DNA from: Pyrobaculum aerophilum str. IM2
GTDB lineage: Archaea > Thermoproteota > Thermoprotei > Thermoproteales > Thermoproteaceae
Length of the DNA stretch: 32,000 nt
NCBI RefSeq assembly: GCF_000007225.1
Contig: NC_003364.1
Coordinates: forward strand, 1,770,001-1,802,000
Direction: 5' to 3'
A program made the position numbers and the translations under genes. How positions within the stretch are numbered: position 1 is the stretch's first letter; each line of letters opens with the position of its first letter. This document shows positions 28,189 through 32,000 of the stretch, piece after piece. The notes under the pieces are model-generated. The model was not told the origin of the DNA. It did not search any database and was given only the letters and a program-made list of their open reading frames with translations.

Positions 28189-28210
28189 TTGAGATTAGGC
28201 TGTGGGGTGA

Positions 28211-28301
28211 GGGGCCGTAGTCTAGCCTGGCTAGGATGCCGGCCTGGGGTCGGACCCCGCTAGAACGCCGGTGATCCCGGGTTCAAATCCCGGCGGCCCC
28301 A
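28211..28301 (+). tRNA. tRNA-Pro (anticodon GGG) with a canonical 37/38 intron
   Basis: Acceptor GGGGCCG/CGGCCCC, D arm GTCT..GGAT, anticodon stem CCGGC/GCCGG, loop CTGGGG|16-nt intron|C, T arm CCGGG-TTCAAAT-CCCGG, discriminator A, then a T-run. Confidence 0.9.
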
Positions 28302-28430
28302 TTTTATTAAAAGAGTTGTAAGCACTATTCTTAGCAACGTTGGCGGATAGAGTCAGCCAGGGCTTGCCTGCGGCTACCTCCGCCTCGCCCGAGGGGGCAC
28401 AGTATAAATAATGGCGACTGTTCCCCGTCT

Positions 28431-29183
28431 GTGAGGGTATCTATTGCTCAAACGAGGAGGTTCGGGGCGGCCGCAGAGGCAGTACAGTGGCTCCTCAGCC
28501 GCGTATCGCCGGCGGACTTGTTAGTACTGCCGGAGTACTGGCTGGGGGTTGAGCCGCTGAGCTGGGAGGAGTTTGAGGCGTTGATAAGAGAATTGAGGAG
28601 GCTGGCCGAGGCTGTGGGCGGCTATGTTGTGGGGGGCGGGGTCGCGGTGAGCTTGGGGGGTGAGGTGAAGAACATATGCCCAGTCGTGAGTCCGGAGGGC
28701 TTGGTGAAATGGGGGGAGAAGATATTCCCCTCGGCGGCCACAGGGGAGAGGCTACGCGTCTCAAAAGGGCGCCGCCTGACGATTTTTAACGCCGCCGGCT
28801 GGAAAGTGGGGTGTTTAATCTGCGTCGACTTGCTCTACCCAGAGCTCGCGAGGAGACTCGCCTTAGCTGGCGCTGAGGTGATAGTAAACCCCGCCAGCAT
28901 TACGGCGGATAGAGCGCCGCTCTGGAAGGCGCTGGGCCTCGTGAGGGCTTTTGAGAACTCTGTGTACGTGGCGGCGGCGCTGGGCACAGGCTATAACTAC
29001 GCCGACGGTAGGCGGGCTGAGGGAGGGTCGTTCATCGCGTCGCCCAACGGCGCGCTATTGGACTTCGGCGCAGAGGAGGGGGTGTACACCGCAGAGCTGG
29101 ACAAACAAGAGATAGAATACGCAAGGACTAGGAGGCGGTATCTAGAAGACGTAGAGACTCCTCCCCAAGTCTCTGTAGATTAG
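28431..29183 (+). CDS. carbon-nitrogen hydrolase (nitrilase superfamily)
   Basis: 250 aa (GTG start). Glu-Lys-Cys triad context LLVLPEYW, GEKIFP and GCLICVDLLYPE. TATAAATA about 28 nt upstream. Confidence 0.85.
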   Translation: MRVSIAQTRRFGAAAEAVQWLLSRVSPADLLVLPEYWLGVEPLSWEEFEALIRELRRLAEAVGGYVVGGGVAVSLGGEVKNICPVVSPEGLVKWGEKIFPSAATGERLRVSKGRRLTIFNAAGWKVGCLICVDLLYPELARRLALAGAEVIVNPASITADRAPLWKALGLVRAFENSVYVAAALGTGYNYADGRRAEGGSFIASPNGALLDFGAEEGVYTAELDKQEIEYARTRRRYLEDVETPPQVSVD

Positions 29184-29350
29184 TGCACCCGGCCGGCGAA
29201 GTCCCTCCGGGCTATAATTGCCCGCGCACCTGGAGGCCGGACCCCCTTAACACGGCCTTGATCAGCCCCCGGCCGCTTGGTTCGTCTATAGTCTGCCATA
29301 TATAATTTCGCTGTAAGCACGGCACGCCGCGGATTACTCGCCGCCGAGGT

Positions 29351-29400
29351 TTACATTGTATTTTTGCCGTTATGTGTAGACTTCAGATAAGCAAGTTTGG
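29351..29400 (+). repeat. conserved ~50-nt upstream element, copy C (orphan, inverted relative to A and B, TATA lost)
   Basis: TTACATTGTATTTTTGCCGTTATGTGTAGACTTCAGATAAGCAAGTTTGG. It has 4 mismatches to copy B over 47 nt by hand count. TTTGGCC replaces TTTATAC, and no gene follows. Confidence 0.7.
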
Positions 29401-29462
29401 CCTTTACTCCGAACAGTTTTCTGTCCCGCAATTAGGCGGAGGTCGCGTTTGCTTCGCAAATC

Positions 29463-30554
29463 TTAATCCCAGCCGGAGCCTGGCAGGAGCACTGTGCCTG
29501 CCCTCACTCTGGCTTTTTTTGGTATTAAGGCGCCTAGTTTATAATACGTCGCCCCTCTTACTTCTATGGGCTCTAGCCTCTCGCGCCCTTCTCTCAATAC
29601 AGACATCGTCACCACGTTTGGCTCCACCACGGCCTCGGGCCCCAGCACGCTGTAGGATATAAACGACGCCCTGCCCACCGTGGCCCTCTCGCCTATTAAA
29701 CTGTGGCTCACCTCGGAGCTGCTGCCCACCACGGCCTCCTCTTCAATATCCGCGTAGTTGCGCACTAAGGCGTGGGTGCCTATGAAAACCCCGCGGCCTA
29801 TATAGGCGGGGCCCTTTATCACTGCGTAGTGATCTATTTCGGCCCCTTCCTCCACCACGACGGGGCCTTCTAACACCGCCGTGGGGCTCACCTTGGCCGT
29901 CCTTGCTATATAAGTGTGTTTTGGCGCCGTGTACTCAAGGAGTTGAATGAGATCTTCGGGGTAGTTCACGTCGTGCCAAACTCCGCTCCAGGGCACTACG
30001 GCTATTTTAAGCGTCTTGGCGGCTTCGTTTAAAGCGTTGTAAAACCCCCACTGGGCTATTTGTTTAACGAGCTTGCGCGGAAGTAGCGAAATCCCGCCGA
30101 ATATCCATTGCCCCTCACCCCCCACTTTTTCAAGATAGCCGCCGGCCTTGGCCTCTAATACGCCGTATCCTTTAATGCTCTTTCTGGGAACTGCGATTAC
30201 TGCGCCGTCAGCTCCGGCGGTTACTGCGGCCTCAACTACCGCTCTGTAGGCGGAGTTATCAGTGTAGACGTCTCCGTAGGCCAATAATATGTGAGTCTCT
30301 GCCCCTATGTAAGATTCGGCAGATGCTATAGCCTGCTCTATGCCCTCCCCCCTCTCCTCTATGTAAGTATACGGCAGTTTCTCGGGGTGGGGCGTCACCA
30401 CATACGCCTTGCCGAAAAGCGACGTTAAGGCCTCAGCGGCGTAGTGATAGAGCCTCTTGCCCCCTATCTTTACATAAGTCTTTGGGAGGGGACCTGTCAG
30501 TTTTTCAAACGCCCCAGGCCTCCCTCCCGCCAATACCACCGGCGCTATTTTCAT
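29463..30554 (-). CDS. sugar-1-phosphate nucleotidyltransferase with a C-terminal left-handed beta-helix acyltransferase domain (GlmU-like)
   Basis: N-terminal VVLAGGRPGAFEKLTG...PK..V.IGG nucleotidyltransferase motif and C-terminal hexapeptide repeats. Its start lies 1 nt after the glmS stop. Confidence 0.78.
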   Translation of the reverse strand: MKIAPVVLAGGRPGAFEKLTGPLPKTYVKIGGKRLYHYAAEALTSLFGKAYVVTPHPEKLPYTYIEERGEGIEQAIASAESYIGAETHILLAYGDVYTDNSAYRAVVEAAVTAGADGAVIAVPRKSIKGYGVLEAKAGGYLEKVGGEGQWIFGGISLLPRKLVKQIAQWGFYNALNEAAKTLKIAVVPWSGVWHDVNYPEDLIQLLEYTAPKHTYIARTAKVSPTAVLEGPVVVEEGAEIDHYAVIKGPAYIGRGVFIGTHALVRNYADIEEEAVVGSSSEVSHSLIGERATVGRASFISYSVLGPEAVVEPNVVTMSVLREGRERLEPIEVRGATYYKLGALIPKKARVRAGTVLLPGSGWD

Positions 30555-30555
30555 A

Positions 30556-32000
30556 TCACTCCACCGTGACTGTTTTCGCCAGATTTCTAGGCTTGTCGGG
30601 GTCGTAGCCCCTTTCCACCGCTGTGAAATACGCCAACATTTGCAACGGTATCACGTGGAGTATTGGCGCGAATAATTCGCTGGTCTGAGGCACTTCTATT
30701 GCCACGTCCAGCTTTTTCGCGTAGTCGCTTCTGGCGGGCACTGTGCCTATAGTTAATGCCCCCCTCGCCTTCATCTCCGCCACGTTGCTCAGCGTCTTCT
30801 CGCCGGTGTTGGGATCTGAGAAGACGAATATTACGGGGAAGCCCTCTTCTACAAGCGCTATAGGGCCGTGTTTTGACTCGCCCGCGGGATAGGCCTCGGC
30901 GTGTAAATACGCCACTTCTTTAAGTTTCAACGCCCCCTCCATGGCGACGGGCAAGGCGGCACCCCTCCCCAAATAGTAAGCGCTGTGCCTCTGCCTCAGT
31001 CTCTTGGCCAGCTCTTTAGCAGTGCCGGCGGTTTTCTCTATTGTTTTCCTCGCCAAGTCGGGAACGGCTTTCAGCTCCCGCTGATGTTCAGCAACGTCGT
31101 GGCCCAAGGCCCTCAGCGCTGTGAGGTATACCGCGGCCAGCGTCAATACTTGCGTCGTGAAGGTCTTCGTAGCGGCTACTCCGATCTCCGGTCCGGCTCT
31201 TGTGTAGAGCACCACGTCGCTCTCTCTCGACAAAGTGCTACCCACTACGTTAGTGACGGCAACAACCTTCACCCCCCTCTCCCTCATGGCCTTAACTGCC
31301 TTTATTGTGTCAATAGTCTCCCCGGACTGGGAAATCGCAATAGCCAAGTCGTCTTTGTCGTATAGGTCTTCATAAATGGCATATTCCGAGGAAATTACGG
31401 GTATGGGGGTTATCCTCAGCCTCGGGAGGATAAAGGCGAGAGTGAGCCCTGCGTGGTAAGACGTTCCGGCCCCCACTATATATACGTTCCTTGCGGCAAG
31501 GAGGGCGTTAGCCACGGTCTCTATCTGCGCCGGCTCGAGGCCTGCCGCCGTCGACGCCAGAGACTCGGGCTGTTCGTAAATCTCCTTCAACATGAAATGG
31601 GGATAGCCGCCCTTAGTCGCCATCTCAGCGCTCCAGGGGATTTCCTCGATCCTGGCCGCTACATCTTGCGGCACGCCGTCGGCTTCAATATACACTTCGC
31701 CGGCCGTTATATAGCCGTACTCCCCGTCTCTCACCGCAATAACCCTTTTAGTGTGGTCTAGTACTGTGGGGATGTCGCTTGCCACTATATTAAACCCCTC
31801 GCCCACGCCTATAATCAGCGGCGACAAATTTCTGGCGAAGTATATGGCCCGGGGATTTTCGGCGTCTATAAGAGCAATGGCATATGCCCCTCTTACTCTT
31901 GACAGCGCTTTTTTAAACGCCGAGAAGGTGTCCAGCCCCTGTTTCTTGTACTCCTCCACTAAGTGGGCAATGACCTCTGTGTCTGTCTCCGAGCGAAATA
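30556..32000 (-). CDS. glmS: glutamine--fructose-6-phosphate aminotransferase (isomerising), N-terminus beyond the window
   Basis: Two SIS domains (GAGTSYHAG, SQSGETIDT) and the C-terminal NLAKTVTVE. The frame stays open upstream of the track's Met and reads SETDTEVIAHL, so the gene continues past 32000. Confidence 0.95.
   Translation of the reverse strand, partial: FRSETDTEVIAHLVEEYKKQGLDTFSAFKKALSRVRGAYAIALIDAENPRAIYFARNLSPLIIGVGEGFNIVASDIPTVLDHTKRVIAVRDGEYGYITAGEVYIEADGVPQDVAARIEEIPWSAEMATKGGYPHFMLKEIYEQPESLASTAAGLEPAQIETVANALLAARNVYIVGAGTSYHAGLTLAFILPRLRITPIPVISSEYAIYEDLYDKDDLAIAISQSGETIDTIKAVKAMRERGVKVVAVTNVVGSTLSRESDVVLYTRAGPEIGVAATKTFTTQVLTLAAVYLTALRALGHDVAEHQRELKAVPDLARKTIEKTAGTAKELAKRLRQRHSAYYLGRGAALPVAMEGALKLKEVAYLHAEAYPAGESKHGPIALVEEGFPVIFVFSDPNTGEKTLSNVAEMKARGALTIGTVPARSDYAKKLDVAIEVPQTSELFAPILHVIPLQMLAYFTAVERGYDPDKPRNLAKTVTVE

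Noticed and set aside
29372-29662. 96-aa plus-strand ORF starting inside repeat copy C
   Set aside because: It lies mostly antisense to the well-supported GlmU-like gene, its composition is Leu/Arg/Pro-rich, and copy C lacks the TATA box.

Overview
This is a compact archaeal chromosome segment. It looks crenarchaeal and Thermoproteales/Pyrobaculum-like: an EF-1alpha gene, many GTG/TTG starts, TATA boxes about 27 nt upstream of start codons (leaderless style), short gene overlaps, and tRNAs with multiple or non-canonical introns. The organism call is inference only. Positions 1-20.1 kb are housekeeping: Sua5, a SAM methyltransferase, PRPP synthase, an HDAC-like deacetylase, an archaeal riboflavin cluster (arfB <> arfA-ribD-ribB), a YkgJ Cys-cluster protein, geranylgeranyl reductase, nicotinate phosphoribosyltransferase, XPD helicase, a proline-rich membrane protein, type IA topoisomerase, Dph2, a small CxxC protein coupled to a HerA-like ATPase, EF-1alpha, nicotinamidase, RidA and two orphan ORFs. 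Positions 20.1-29.4 kb look accessory. An orphan 3' fragment of tRNA-Thr and the intact tRNA-Thr share a 17-bp direct repeat that brackets a 1.8-kb two-gene insert with no integrase. This stretch also holds three intron-containing tRNAs (Thr-GGU with two introns, Gln-CUG with a D-loop intron, Pro-GGG), several secreted or membrane orphan proteins, a wHTH gene and a TrmO-like gene. It further contains two apparently frameshifted genes and a conserved element of about 50 nt present three times: twice just upstream of the BRE/TATA of paralogous signal-anchored genes, and once as an orphan in inverted orientation. The right end encodes a nitrilase-family hydrolase, a GlmU-like enzyme and GlmS (cut by the window edge). 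I found no CRISPR array, rRNA, transposase, integrase or known defence system. I cannot name a novel system with confidence. The best leads are the repeated upstream element with its membrane/wHTH operon, the tRNA-bracketed insert, and a 555-nt GC-rich non-coding gap at 18.2-18.8 kb.
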